Assembly: GCA_963422645.2 (NCBI GenBank)
Contig: CAXXVO010000007.1
Coordinates: forward strand, 448,001-512,000
Length of the DNA stretch: 64,000 nucleotides
Origin: Alphaproteobacteria bacterium
GTDB taxonomy: Bacteria; Pseudomonadota; Alphaproteobacteria; UBA828
Reading direction: 5' to 3'
Below, one piece after another: positions 53,132 through 63,056 of the stretch. Under the pieces are notes generated by a model that saw nothing but the letters and a program-made list of their open reading frames with translations, searched no databases and was not told the origin of the DNA. Numbering within the stretch: the first letter of the stretch is position 1; every line of letters starts with the position of its first letter. Made by a program: the position numbers and the translations under genes.

Positions 53132-54175
53132 ATGCCGATCGACGACCAAGAGCGGGCGGAGATCGAGGCCCAACGCGCTGCCTCGCACGAAACAAGGCGC
53201 GCCACGGTGCCGGCCCTGGAGTCGATCCTCGACGAGCGCTTCGACGTGCTCGACCACGGCTTCGTCCGCGTGATCGACTACATGGGCGACGATTCCGCCA
53301 TCGTGCAGGCGGCGCGGGTCTCCTACGGCGCGGGCACGCGGCACGTGCGGAAGGACCGCGCGCTGATCCGCTACCTCCTGCGCCATCGCCACACCACACC
53401 CTTCGAGATGTGCGAGCTCAAGCTGCACATCAAGGCGCCGATCTTCGTCGCCCGGCAGTGGCTTCGCCACCGCACCGCCAGCGTCAACGAGTACTCCGCA
53501 CGCTATTCCAAGTTGGATCGAGAGTTCTATGTGCCGGACGTGGAGCACCTCCAATCCGTCCTGGAGGAGCAAGTCGGTCGTCGGCGGGCTAGCACTAGCG
53601 GCATGGACGACTTGTTTACCGTGAACTCGTCGGTAACGGAGCCCCTGGCGCTCGCTGCCCAGTCCAGCACCAACAAGCAAGGTCGGGATGATGTACTGAC
53701 GGGCGACGAAGCCAAGCAAGCACTTTCCGCCATCAATTGGATTTCCAAGAACGCGTACGGCATCTATCGGAGCCTGCTCAACGAGAACAAGAGAGGCAAC
53801 ACGAAGGACCCCAATCATGTGGGGCTCGCCCGCGAGCTCGCGCGCGCGGCGCTGCCGGTCAATTACTACACCCAGTTCTACTGGAAGATCGACCTGCACA
53901 ACCTGCTGCACTTCCTGTCACTGCGGGCCGATGCCCACGCCCAGTACGAAATCCGCGCCTATGCCGACGTAATTCTCGACAAGATCGTCGCGAACTGGGT
54001 GCCAGAGACTTACCAAGCCTTCCAGGACTACATGATGAAGGCCGCGTTGCTCTCCGCGAACTCGCTCGCCGCGATCAGGAGGATGCTGGCAGGCGACTCG
54101 TTTGATCAGGCGACGCGCGACCTCCCCGAGCGCGAGCAGCGCGAGCTCAAGGAGATGCTGGACCACGAGCCTTAG
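53132..54175 (+). CDS. thyX: FAD-dependent thymidylate synthase with an internal insertion
   Basis: QAARVSYG, HTTPFE, ThyX motif RQWLRHRTASVNEYSARY, LARELAR, HAQYEIR. Confidence 0.96.
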   Translation: MPIDDQERAEIEAQRAASHETRRATVPALESILDERFDVLDHGFVRVIDYMGDDSAIVQAARVSYGAGTRHVRKDRALIRYLLRHRHTTPFEMCELKLHIKAPIFVARQWLRHRTASVNEYSARYSKLDREFYVPDVEHLQSVLEEQVGRRRASTSGMDDLFTVNSSVTEPLALAAQSSTNKQGRDDVLTGDEAKQALSAINWISKNAYGIYRSLLNENKRGNTKDPNHVGLARELARAALPVNYYTQFYWKIDLHNLLHFLSLRADAHAQYEIRAYADVILDKIVANWVPETYQAFQDYMMKAALLSANSLAAIRRMLAGDSFDQATRDLPEREQRELKEMLDHEP

Positions 54176-54194
54176 ACAGACTTTCTTACCTACC

Positions 54195-55463
54195 TCACCG
54201 CTTGTCCTGCGATGCGGTGAGCGGCACCAGGAGGGCGGCGGAAACCACCAGGGCGAGCCACCAGTTCTGCCACGTGCCATGCGCCACGGAGGCAACAGCC
54301 AAGGCAGCGACGAAGAGGGACTGCCCGAACCTCCGCTTCTGGCCGCTTGCACCGTCGAGCCGCATCGCAATGAGCCACAGCAGCGCCAGCGCGATCACCG
54401 CGCCGACGGCGCCGAGCTCCAGCATGATCTGCAGCGGCGCGCTGTGCGGATGCAATGCCGCGAGTTCGCGACCCGTGCTGCCGAGGTCCGGGTAAAGCGC
54501 CTGCAGGTGTCGGGAGCCGTCGAAGCCCCATCCGAGTGCGGGTCTCTCGGCGATCCGCCGAACCGAGAACTCCCATATCTCGATGCGATGTTGGGCCGAT
54601 GCAGCCAGCCAATCGGCCCGGTGCCACCCGTGACGGTGCATCTCGCGTGCGGCGAAGGGCATGGCGACGAACGCCACCACGCTCGCGGCAAGCGTGACCG
54701 CAAGCCCCGCCTTGCTGTGCCCGAGAGCCAAAAACAAGGTGGCAACACCTGCGACGAGGCCAAGGGTCGCCGCCGCACTCTCAAGGAAGAGAGAGGCGAT
54801 GGCCAACGCGACGGGAAGTGCGAGTGCCGTCCAGCGAAGGCCTCTGGCCCAGAGCAAGGCTGTCACGGGCCAGACGATCAGCGCCAGAGCAATCGCGCCC
54901 CGATTGAACCAGACCGCTTCCCGACCGGCCACGGCCGTCTTGAATACGCGAAGCATCGGGTAATCGAGCCCGATCTCCACGGCCATGAGAGCAAGGCTCA
55001 CACCGAACCCGGCGACCAGCCATTGGCCGATGCGTTTCCTCGCCGCGTCGTCCAACGCGGCCACGATGGGGAATAGCACCAGGCCCGTCGCGAGAATCAC
55101 GGCGACGCGGAGCGCGAGCACGAGAGAGCGGACGCTGTCCTCGCTCCAGGCGGAGGCGATCGCGCACCAAACGACGAGAAGGGCCAGGAAGATCGCAATC
55201 CGCCAGTCGGGAACCGGAAAGCGGCGCTGGGCCCACCAGTGGATCAGAAGGGCGAGGCCCGCCGCAAGCAGCAGGATCGCCACGGTGCCCTTGGGCGCCA
55301 CGACGCCGACGATCGGCAGCAGCGCGGCGAAGGCGCAAAACACCCCGGTCAGGAGCGCCCGCGGCCGGCTCAGGAGCCGCGTTCCGGCGCGCTCGCGGCT
55401 GCTACTCAGCGCAAGCGGTGGCGCGTCTCGGCTGATGGTCGAAAATCGATCGCCGCGCGGCAT
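54195..55463 (-). CDS. O-antigen ligase (Wzy_C) family membrane protein
   Basis: Many TM helices, SAQHRIEIW, GWGFD, LHPHSAPLQIMLELG; start uncertain. Confidence 0.82.
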   Translation of the reverse strand: MPRGDRFSTISRDAPPLALSSSRERAGTRLLSRPRALLTGVFCAFAALLPIVGVVAPKGTVAILLLAAGLALLIHWWAQRRFPVPDWRIAIFLALLVVWCAIASAWSEDSVRSLVLALRVAVILATGLVLFPIVAALDDAARKRIGQWLVAGFGVSLALMAVEIGLDYPMLRVFKTAVAGREAVWFNRGAIALALIVWPVTALLWARGLRWTALALPVALAIASLFLESAAATLGLVAGVATLFLALGHSKAGLAVTLAASVVAFVAMPFAAREMHRHGWHRADWLAASAQHRIEIWEFSVRRIAERPALGWGFDGSRHLQALYPDLGSTGRELAALHPHSAPLQIMLELGAVGAVIALALLWLIAMRLDGASGQKRRFGQSLFVAALAVASVAHGTWQNWWLALVVSAALLVPLTASQDKR

Positions 55464-55521
55464 AGGAAAAACGTGTTCACATGATGGAAGTCTTCGGATC
55501 GTCGCGGTTATTGCGTTGTGA

Positions 55522-55986
55522 TTACGATGCGTCGCGCCAGCGCTTGGCAGCGCGGTCGTCCGCGGCACGCGCCTCGACCCAGCGCTCGCCGTCGGCAGTC
55601 TCCTCGCGCTTCCAGAACGGCGCCTTGGTCTTGAGCCAGTCGATGAGGAAGGCGCAGGCATCGAGCGCGGCGCGGCGGTGGGCTGCCGCGGTCACCACGA
55701 GCACGATCCGATCGCCCGGCTCGAGCCGCCCGTAGCGGTGGACGATCAGCGAGGCGGTGAGGTCCCAGCGCCGGCATGCCTCGGCCTCGATATCCGAGAG
55801 CTGCTTCTCGGTCATCGCCGGGTAGTGCTCCAGCGTCATCGCGGTAACCGCGTCGCCGGCGCCCTTGGGCGCGTCGGCGCGGGTGATGCCGACGAAGGAC
55901 GCAACGGCGCCGACGTCGTCCCTGCCCTCCGAGAGCGCCTCGATCTCGGCGCCGATATCGAAGTCCTCGCGCTGGACGCGGATCAT
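55522..55986 (-). CDS. moaE: Molybdopterin synthase large subunit
   Basis: LEHYPAMT, HRYGRL, HRRAA, LKTKAPFWKRE. Confidence 0.96.
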   Translation of the reverse strand: MIRVQREDFDIGAEIEALSEGRDDVGAVASFVGITRADAPKGAGDAVTAMTLEHYPAMTEKQLSDIEAEACRRWDLTASLIVHRYGRLEPGDRIVLVVTAAAHRRAALDACAFLIDWLKTKAPFWKREETADGERWVEARAADDRAAKRWRDAS

Positions 55987-56243
55987 GGCCGGGCTCCGCC
56001 TGTCACAGGCGGGAAGAGCGCGACCTCGTCGCCATCGGCGACCACGTGGTCCGGCGCGGCGAACTCCTGGTTGACCGCGACGCGGACCACCGACAGGTCT
56101 TCGAGAGCCTGGGCATAGCCGCCGCCCCGGCTCCGCAGCCAGTCGAGCAACGCCGCCACCGTCTGCACATCGGCGGGAAGCGCGATCTCCTCCGAATCGC
56201 GGCCGATCCGCTCCCGCACCCAGGCGAAATAAAGCAATGTCAT
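55983..56243 (-). CDS. moaD: Molybdopterin synthase sulfur carrier
   Basis: LLYFAWVRE...EVALFPPVTGG; the GG is followed by a 3-aa extension ARP. Confidence 0.93.
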   Translation of the reverse strand: MTLLYFAWVRERIGRDSEEIALPADVQTVAALLDWLRSRGGGYAQALEDLSVVRVAVNQEFAAPDHVVADGDEVALFPPVTGGARP

Positions 56244-57496
56244 CGGTACATCTCGTTGAATGGGAGAAAGTCCACCATCGTGCCTGCGCTGAGTGTGGTG
56301 AGTTCTTCCGGCAGCTCGATCAACCCGTCGGCGAACACCGCCGACGTGAGGATCCCGGCCCCGTCACGGGCGAATTTCTCCGCCCCGAGCGTTCCGTCCG
56401 GCTGCGTCGAGAGCCGCGCGCGCAGCCATTCGCGGCGCCCCCGCTTCTTCTTATAGTCGAAGCCCGCCGGCACCCGATAGTGCGCGGGCTCCACCTCGGT
56501 GCAGCCGCCGAGCCGCAGGATCAACGGGCGCGCGAAGCGCAGGAAGGTGACCATGACGGCCACCGGGTTGCCGGGCAGCCCGATGAAGGCTACGCGCCCG
56601 ACCTGGCCGAGCGCGATGGGCCGCCCGGGGCGAATGGCGAGGCGCCAGAAGTGAAGATGGCCGAGGGCCTCCACCGCCGCCTTGACGTGGTCCTCGTCGC
56701 CGGTCGACATCCCGCCGGAGGTGAGCAGCAGATCGTGGTCGCGGCTCCGCTCGGCCAGCGCGTCGGTAATCGCGTCGAGCTTGTCGGGCAGGATGCCCAT
56801 GTCGGTGACGGCACAGCCCAGCCGCTCCGCAAGGCCGGCGATGACATAGCGGTTGGAATCGTAGATGCCGCCTTCGCCGAGTGCCGCGCCCGGCTCATAG
56901 ACCTCGTCGCCGGTGGAAAAGATCGCCACCCTGAGCCGCCGGAAGACCGTGAGCTCGGTCCGTCCAATGGAGGCTGCAAGGCCCACATCCTGCGGCCTGA
57001 GCGCCCGGCCGGCGGTGAGGATGGTCGTGCCGGGTGCGATGTCTTCCCCCACGCGCCTGCGGTTGGCACCGCGCTTGATCCCGGGCGGCACGATGACCGC
57101 ATCACCGTCCTCGCGGCAGTCCTCCTGCATCAGCACGGTGTCGGGACCGGGCGGCATCGGGGCGCCGGTGAAGACCCGGATCGCCTCGCCCCTCTCGGCG
57201 GGCCGCCCGAGGGGGTGCCCGGCCGCAGCCCGCCCGGTGCAGGGGAGGCGCGTGTCGTCTGCGGCATTGAGGTCGTCGAAGAAGACCGCGTAGCCGTCGA
57301 CCGCGGCATTGTCGTGCGGCGGCACCGCGCGTTCCGAGACCACGGTCTCCGCCAGGATGCGCCCGTTCGCAGCCTTCAGGCCCTCGGTCTCGGTCTCGGC
57401 GATGGGATGGACGACGCTCTCAAGCTGCGCGAGCGCATCCGCCGCCGGAGTCAGCGCGCCGCCAAAGGCGAAGCAGTCGTCGCTAAGCTGTGCCAT
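56240..57496 (-). CDS. moeA: Molybdopterin molybdenumtransferase
   Basis: MAQLSDDCFAFGG, AVDGYA, FTGAPMP, STGDE, SGGMSTGDED, GLPGNP. Confidence 0.95.
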   Translation of the reverse strand: MAQLSDDCFAFGGALTPAADALAQLESVVHPIAETETEGLKAANGRILAETVVSERAVPPHDNAAVDGYAVFFDDLNAADDTRLPCTGRAAAGHPLGRPAERGEAIRVFTGAPMPPGPDTVLMQEDCREDGDAVIVPPGIKRGANRRRVGEDIAPGTTILTAGRALRPQDVGLAASIGRTELTVFRRLRVAIFSTGDEVYEPGAALGEGGIYDSNRYVIAGLAERLGCAVTDMGILPDKLDAITDALAERSRDHDLLLTSGGMSTGDEDHVKAAVEALGHLHFWRLAIRPGRPIALGQVGRVAFIGLPGNPVAVMVTFLRFARPLILRLGGCTEVEPAHYRVPAGFDYKKKRGRREWLRARLSTQPDGTLGAEKFARDGAGILTSAVFADGLIELPEELTTLSAGTMVDFLPFNEMYR

Positions 57497-58031
57497 GGGC
57501 CAACATCGCTTCGTTGCTTCTGGCGACGGCGCAATGCGCCACCACGAACGCGGCGATCGCATCCACGTCGTCGACATCGAACACCGGGACCGCGCGCCCG
57601 AGCGAGGCCGCGGCCGGCACCGGCCGGTCGCTCGCGATGGCGACCACGGTGGGGTCCGCGGCAGCAAGCAGCGGCGCCTCGTCCGCGCCGCGGCGCACCT
57701 CGATCTTGTCGTGGCCGCCCCGCTTGTAGCCCTCGATCAGCACGAGATCGGCCGGCTTCATTTGCTCGAGCAGCCGGTCCAGCGGCGGCTCGCCGTCGTC
57801 GCCCGTTTCGCGGAGATGGGCGAAGCGGTCGGGTGCCGCCAGCACGATGTCGCGGGCGCCGGCGGCGCGCCACGCCTGGGCGGGATGCCCCTCCGGCAGC
57901 AGATCGAATCCGTGGTGGGCATGCTTCACGGTGGCCACGCGCAGGCCGCGCGACCGCAGCTGCGGCAGCAGCCGGCAAACCAGCGTGGTCTTGCCGCTGT
58001 CGCTCAGCCCCGTGACCCCGAACCGCTGCAC
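57483..58031 (-). CDS. mobB: Molybdopterin-guanine dinucleotide biosynthesis protein B
   Basis: GLSDSGKTTL, TVKHAHH, DLVLIEGYK. Confidence 0.92.
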   Translation of the reverse strand: MQRFGVTGLSDSGKTTLVCRLLPQLRSRGLRVATVKHAHHGFDLLPEGHPAQAWRAAGARDIVLAAPDRFAHLRETGDDGEPPLDRLLEQMKPADLVLIEGYKRGGHDKIEVRRGADEAPLLAAADPTVVAIASDRPVPAAASLGRAVPVFDVDDVDAIAAFVVAHCAVARSNEAMLAHGTA

Positions 58032-58682
58032 CTAGTCCTCCCGCTTGGGGCGCGCGGCGCGCAGGCCGCGCACGCTTGCCCGAACATAGCCGATCGCGCT
58101 GGCCCAGGTCAGCACCACTGCGAGCCATAACAGCCCTTCACCGGCGTTGGCGAGGCCTGCGCCTGCGGCCTCGGGCAGCCAGGGCGCGATGGCCGGAGCC
58201 AGCAGCAGCAGGGCGATGGCGGCCATCTGCGCGGCGGTCTTCCACTTGGCGAGCGGCTGGACCGGGAGCGCCACCTTGCCGACGAGCGCCTCCCTGAGTC
58301 CCGAGATCAGGAACTCGCGCAAGAGGATCGCCACCACGGCGATCACCGGCGCGCGCCCGTCGGCGGCCAGCATGACGAGCGCTGCCGCGACCAGGAGCTT
58401 GTCGGCGATGGGATCGAGGATGCGGCCCAGCAGCGAATGCTGATCGAGCCTGCGGGCCAGCCAGCCATCGACAAAATCGCTGAGGGCCGCCACGGCGAAG
58501 ACCGCGAAGCCGAGCCAGAGCCCGCTCGCACTGGCAATGAAGAACGAACCGACGAGCACGGGAACCATGACGATGCGCAGCCCCGTGACCGCGTTGGGCC
58601 AGCTTGCCACACGCAGGGGATCGGCCTCCGACACGGACTCCGAGGCCCCGGCGCCGTCAGCGATCGGCGCGGAAATGGTCAT
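58032..58682 (-). CDS. pgsA: CDP-diacylglycerol--glycerol-3-phosphate 3-phosphatidyltransferase
   Basis: PNAVTGLR, DFVDGWLARR, GRILDPIADK, AKWKTAAQM; follows uvrC. Confidence 0.93.
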   Translation of the reverse strand: MTISAPIADGAGASESVSEADPLRVASWPNAVTGLRIVMVPVLVGSFFIASASGLWLGFAVFAVAALSDFVDGWLARRLDQHSLLGRILDPIADKLLVAAALVMLAADGRAPVIAVVAILLREFLISGLREALVGKVALPVQPLAKWKTAAQMAAIALLLLAPAIAPWLPEAAGAGLANAGEGLLWLAVVLTWASAIGYVRASVRGLRAARPKRED

Positions 58683-60591
58683 GGATCGCGCCCGCGACCG
58701 CGCTCGATATGCCGTCGACGGTCTCGAGATCGGCGAGGCCTGCCTGGCTCACCCCCCGCGCCGAGCCGAAGCGGTGGAGCAGCGCCTTCTTGCGGCGGGG
58801 GCCGACTCCCGGAATCTCGTCGAGCGCCGAGCGGGCGCGCGACTTGGCGCGCTTGGCCCGATGGGTGCCGATGGCGAAGCGATGCGCCTCGTCCCGCAGG
58901 CGTTGCAGGAAGTAGAGCAGCGGGTCGCGCGCGCCGAGCGAGATCGGCGGCTTGTCAGGAAGGAAGATGCGCTCGCGGCCGGCGTTGCGCTCGGGCCCCT
59001 TGGCGATCGCCGCGACCGCGAGATTGGCGATGCCGAGATCGTCGAATACGCGCCGCGCCTCGCCGAGCTGGCCGGCGCCGCCGTCGATCAGCACCAGGTC
59101 CGGCCACGATTCACCGGCACGGCTGGGGTCCTCCTTGATCAGGCGGGAGAAGCGGCGGGTAAGCACCTCGCGCATCATGGCGTAATCGTCGCCGGGCGCG
59201 GCCGGCTCCGGCGCCGCCGTCGCGCGAATCGTGAACTTGCGATAGCCGTTCTTGATGAAGCCCTCCGGCCCCGCGACGATCAGGCTGCCGACCGCATCGG
59301 TGCCCGAGATGTGGCTGTTGTCGTAGACCTCGATCCGGTCGGGGGCGCTCTCCAGCCCTAATTCTTGAGCCAGGGTCTCCAACAGGCGCCGCTGCGCCGT
59401 GCTTTCGCCGAGCCTGCGGGCGAGCGCCTCCCGCGCATTGCGCTCGGCATCCTCGATCAGCTTGCGCTTCTCGCCACGTAGCGGGCGATGGAGTTTGACC
59501 CGTCGCTCAGCCTTGAGCGTGAGCGCCTCGGCGATCAGGGGAGCCTCCGCCAGGGACCGGTTCACCATGACCAGCGGCGGCGCCTCCCGCGCGCTGTAGA
59601 ACTGCCCGATGAAGGCACGGAGGATGGCGTCCGTCGGCTCGTCCGCCGCGTGGCGCGGGAAGAATGCCCGGTTGCCGTAGTTCTGCCCGGAGCGGAAGAA
59701 GAAGACCTGCACGCAGGCTTGGCCAGCCTCCTCGTGAATGGCGACGACATCGGCATCGCCCATGGAGGGCAGGTTGATACCCTGGCGCATCTGGATATGG
59801 GCGAGAGCCTTGATGCGGTCGCGGTAAGCCGCGGCGGTCTCGAATTCGAGCGCATCGCTCGCCGCGGTCATCCGATCGGTGAGCCGGCGCTGGACCTCCC
59901 GGCTGCGCCCGGCGAGGAAGGCCCGCGCCTCCTCCACCAGCCCGTCGTAGTCGGTCTTGCTGATGCGGCCGACGCAGGGCGCGGTGCAGCGCTTGATCTG
60001 GTACTGCAGGCAGGGCCGGGTGCGGCCTTCCAGCACCGAATCCGAGCACGAGCGCAAGGGAAACGCGCGCTGGAGCGCGTTGATCGTGAGGTCCACGGCG
60101 CCGGCCGAGGCGAAGGGGCCGAAGTAGTCCCCCTGCCCGCTCTTGGCGCCGCGATATTTCGTGATCTGCGGCCAGACGTGGCCCCGGCGGAGCAGGATGT
60201 AGGGGAACGACTTGTCGTCCCGAAGCAGGATGTTGTAGTGCGGCTTGAGCCGCTTGATCAGGTTGCTTTCGAGCAGCAGCGCCTCGACCTCGCCCTCGGT
60301 CGTGATTACCTCGACCGATGCCGTGGCTGCGATCATGCGCTGCAGGCGGACGGAGAGCGTGCGGACGTTGACGTAAGTTGCGACGCGCTTCTTCAGGCTC
60401 TTGGCCTTGCCGACGTAGAGGGGCTTCTCGTGCCGGTCGCGCATGCAGTAGACGCCGGCGCCCGCCGGCATTGTCCCCAGCGCCGCGCGCAGCACCGCGA
60501 CGCCGCGTTCGAGCGAGACGCCGGGGTCGGCAAGCGCCGCCGCATCGTCCGTGACGGACGTGGTCGGCCGCTCGATCTGCACGTCCACCAT
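58657..60591 (-). CDS. uvrC: Excinuclease ABC subunit C
   Basis: GIY-YIG GVYCM..LYVGKAKSL, DDKSFPY, YDNSH, LIDGG, RDEAHRFA, HhH. Confidence 0.97.
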   Translation of the reverse strand: MVDVQIERPTTSVTDDAAALADPGVSLERGVAVLRAALGTMPAGAGVYCMRDRHEKPLYVGKAKSLKKRVATYVNVRTLSVRLQRMIAATASVEVITTEGEVEALLLESNLIKRLKPHYNILLRDDKSFPYILLRRGHVWPQITKYRGAKSGQGDYFGPFASAGAVDLTINALQRAFPLRSCSDSVLEGRTRPCLQYQIKRCTAPCVGRISKTDYDGLVEEARAFLAGRSREVQRRLTDRMTAASDALEFETAAAYRDRIKALAHIQMRQGINLPSMGDADVVAIHEEAGQACVQVFFFRSGQNYGNRAFFPRHAADEPTDAILRAFIGQFYSAREAPPLVMVNRSLAEAPLIAEALTLKAERRVKLHRPLRGEKRKLIEDAERNAREALARRLGESTAQRRLLETLAQELGLESAPDRIEVYDNSHISGTDAVGSLIVAGPEGFIKNGYRKFTIRATAAPEPAAPGDDYAMMREVLTRRFSRLIKEDPSRAGESWPDLVLIDGGAGQLGEARRVFDDLGIANLAVAAIAKGPERNAGRERIFLPDKPPISLGARDPLLYFLQRLRDEAHRFAIGTHRAKRAKSRARSALDEIPGVGPRRKKALLHRFGSARGVSQAGLADLETVDGISSAVAGAIHDHFRADR

Positions 60592-60764
60592 CGCGTCGTC
60601 CGCCTGATGCGCCGCTAGGCCTGAGAGATAGTCCCTGCCCCGCAGCCCGTCAACGCGCGGACCGTCGACGGCGCAGCATCACGCCATTTGATTGGCGTAT
60701 CGTGCTGATCGGCGCGCAACCGAAGCGTCGAACAGCGCCCGGCCTCGCCAAGCAGCTACCACCT

Positions 60765-60799
60765 GGTGAGGGCGCATCGATTCACCGAGCGCCCTCACC
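60765..60799 (-). terminator. Stem-loop downstream of the ABC SBP gene
   Basis: GGTGAGGGCGC ... GCGCCCTCACC 11-bp inverted repeat. Confidence 0.5.
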
Positions 60800-60837
60800 C
60801 TAGTTCCGGCCGAGGTCTGGCCCTGCCGGCCAACTCC

Positions 60838-62025
60838 CTACTGTATCGGGGTCCAGGTGCCGTCGTCTCCAACGCCGTTGAGGGAGTAGACGCCGGCCAC
60901 GTCGCCGCTCTCGTCGAACTCGATGGCGCCGGAAGCGCCCTCGTAGTTGATGTCCTCGCCGGCCGCGATGGCTTCCTTGGCCTTGGCCCACTCGCCGGGG
61001 CGAATGACCGTGCCGGGGGCGTTAGCGACCTCGCGAAGCGCCGCCGAGATCATGCCGCGATCGGCCGAACCCGCCTTCTCGATCGCGAGCGCGGCGAGGA
61101 AGGCGATATCGTAGCCGTGGGCGACGAAGGGGGCGCCCGCGTTTTCGAAGGCGGCGGCGAAGGCCTGGTACGACGCGTTCTCGGTGTCGGACGCGGGCTG
61201 CGAGAGCATGATGTTGCCGCGCAGGTTGTCGGCGCCGATCTGCTCGATAACGGAGTTGTCCATCATGCCGTCCGCCCCGAGGAACTTGCCGAAGAGCGCG
61301 TTCTCCAGGCTGTTGCGCAGGATGGTGATGCCGCTCCCGCCGAAGTAGGCGAAGAGTGCCAGTCCTTCCGCCTCGCCGGCCGCGAGCGTCGCGAGTTCGG
61401 CGCGGTACGATGCCTTGTTCGGCTCGTGCGCCTGGTTGCCGGTGATCGTGCCGCCGAGCTTGGTGAAGGCGGCCGCGAACACGCCGGCAAGGCCGGAGTT
61501 GTAATCGTCGTTGGAGTAAGTGACCGCGAGCTTGCGGTAGCCGTGCTCCCAGGCGAGCTCGGCGAGGGAGCGTCCCTGGTAGGCGTCGGAGGGCGCGACC
61601 CGGAACACAAGGTCGTTGTCGTCGAGCTCCGATATCGAGGGCGCAGTCGCGGTGTCGGAAATCATCACCACGCCCGCCGGAATGGTGACGGACTGGGCCA
61701 TGCCGTTGGTGGCGCCCGAGCAGTTTGGGCCGATGACCGCCACTGCCTGCTCGACGTTGACGAGCTTCGCGCCCGCATCGACCGCGGCCTTCGGGTCACA
61801 CTGCGAATCGCCCTGCACGAGCCGGTAGGTGTCCCCGCCGAGCAGGCCGCCCTGCTCGTTCACGTGGCTCGCGGCGAGGTTGCGGGCGTCGACGATATCT
61901 ACCACCAGCTCCGCGATGGGGCCGGTAACGCCCGCGGCGGAGCCCACACTGATTTCACCCGCGCTGGCGGCGGCGCCGTTCAGGGCGAGCGCGCCCGCAG
62001 CGACGGCTATCATCATTCTCTTCAT
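60838..62025 (-). CDS. Branched-chain amino acid (Liv-type) ABC substrate-binding protein
   Basis: Signal peptide MKRMMIAVAAGALAL, FRVAPSDAYQG, NYEGASGAIEFD; ATG at 62025. Confidence 0.9.
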   Translation of the reverse strand: MKRMMIAVAAGALALNGAAASAGEISVGSAAGVTGPIAELVVDIVDARNLAASHVNEQGGLLGGDTYRLVQGDSQCDPKAAVDAGAKLVNVEQAVAVIGPNCSGATNGMAQSVTIPAGVVMISDTATAPSISELDDNDLVFRVAPSDAYQGRSLAELAWEHGYRKLAVTYSNDDYNSGLAGVFAAAFTKLGGTITGNQAHEPNKASYRAELATLAAGEAEGLALFAYFGGSGITILRNSLENALFGKFLGADGMMDNSVIEQIGADNLRGNIMLSQPASDTENASYQAFAAAFENAGAPFVAHGYDIAFLAALAIEKAGSADRGMISAALREVANAPGTVIRPGEWAKAKEAIAAGEDINYEGASGAIEFDESGDVAGVYSLNGVGDDGTWTPIQ

Positions 62026-62990
62026 GGCGGTTGCTCCCTGTTTGGGGATGAAGGAGCGGTGCGGAAGCGGCGCTCGCGGAAGATGCCGTCCGGGTAACGC
62101 TGCAGGATGAACTGCAATGCAAGGCCCACGAGAAATATCCGCAAGTAAGCCGACTTGACCGCCCACTCCGGGGGTAATCGCGCAATCAGTATCTCGGCTG
62201 CCGACCAGATAGTCCAGATCAGGATGGCACCGAAGATCGCACCCCGATTGTTCGCAGAGCCCCCGACGACGAGCATGACCCAGACCAGGAAGGTGGCGGA
62301 GATCGGCTCTGCCGCGTTCGGCTCGATGAACTTGATGTGGTGCGCCATCAACGCCCCGCCGAGGCCCATGAGAGCACCGCCGAGGACAAAGGCTTCGATG
62401 CGCAAGCGCTCGACGTTCTTTCCCGCAGCGCGCGCCGCCGCCTCGTTTTCGCGGATCGCGGCCATCACCCGTCCCCAGGGGGAGCGCCGCGCCCGTTCCA
62501 GCAGGACGTAGAGCGCGGCGACCACCGCGAAGACCAGCAGCAGCATCCCGACATGGTTCCACGGCTCGGGGTAGTGCTCGAAGGGCTTGGGGATGAGGGA
62601 GATCCCGCGCGGGCCGTTGGTCGCCCACACTTCGTTCTTGAGGACGAGCCGGAAGATCTCGGCGATTCCGAGGGTGGCGATCGCGAGGTAGTCGGCGCGA
62701 AGCCGAATGCAGATTCGCCCCACGCCCCAGGCGATGATCGCGCTCGTGATCATCGCGGCGACCAAGCCCGCCGCCGGCGACAGGCCGAAGCCGCCCAGGT
62801 GCCGCTCGGAGGCAGCGGAGGTCACGATGGCGGAGGTGTAGGCGCCGATCGCGAAGAAGCCCGCCACCCCGGCGTTGAAGAGCCCCGTGAAGCCCCACTG
62901 GATGTTGAGCCCGAGCGTGAGCACCGCGTAGATCCCGCCCATCGTGAGCAGGAACACGGCGTAGAGGAAGATGCCGTAGAGCTGTTCCAT
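62022..62990 (-). CDS. Liv-type ABC permease (LivM-like)
   Basis: GLNIQWGFTGLFN, RLRADYLAIATLG, AIRENE. Confidence 0.9.
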   Translation of the reverse strand: MEQLYGIFLYAVFLLTMGGIYAVLTLGLNIQWGFTGLFNAGVAGFFAIGAYTSAIVTSAASERHLGGFGLSPAAGLVAAMITSAIIAWGVGRICIRLRADYLAIATLGIAEIFRLVLKNEVWATNGPRGISLIPKPFEHYPEPWNHVGMLLLVFAVVAALYVLLERARRSPWGRVMAAIRENEAAARAAGKNVERLRIEAFVLGGALMGLGGALMAHHIKFIEPNAAEPISATFLVWVMLVVGGSANNRGAIFGAILIWTIWSAAEILIARLPPEWAVKSAYLRIFLVGLALQFILQRYPDGIFRERRFRTAPSSPNREQPP

Positions 62991-63056
62991 CTACGCGGCC
63001 CCTCTCTTCCGCGAGGAGTGTGCGCCGTGCGCTATGAGCATCGACCCCGTCATCGT

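Noticed and set aside
53552-53653. Intein or self-splicing intron in thyX
   Set aside because: Only 34 aa, with no Cys/Ser start or His-Asn end, and far too short for a group I or II intron.
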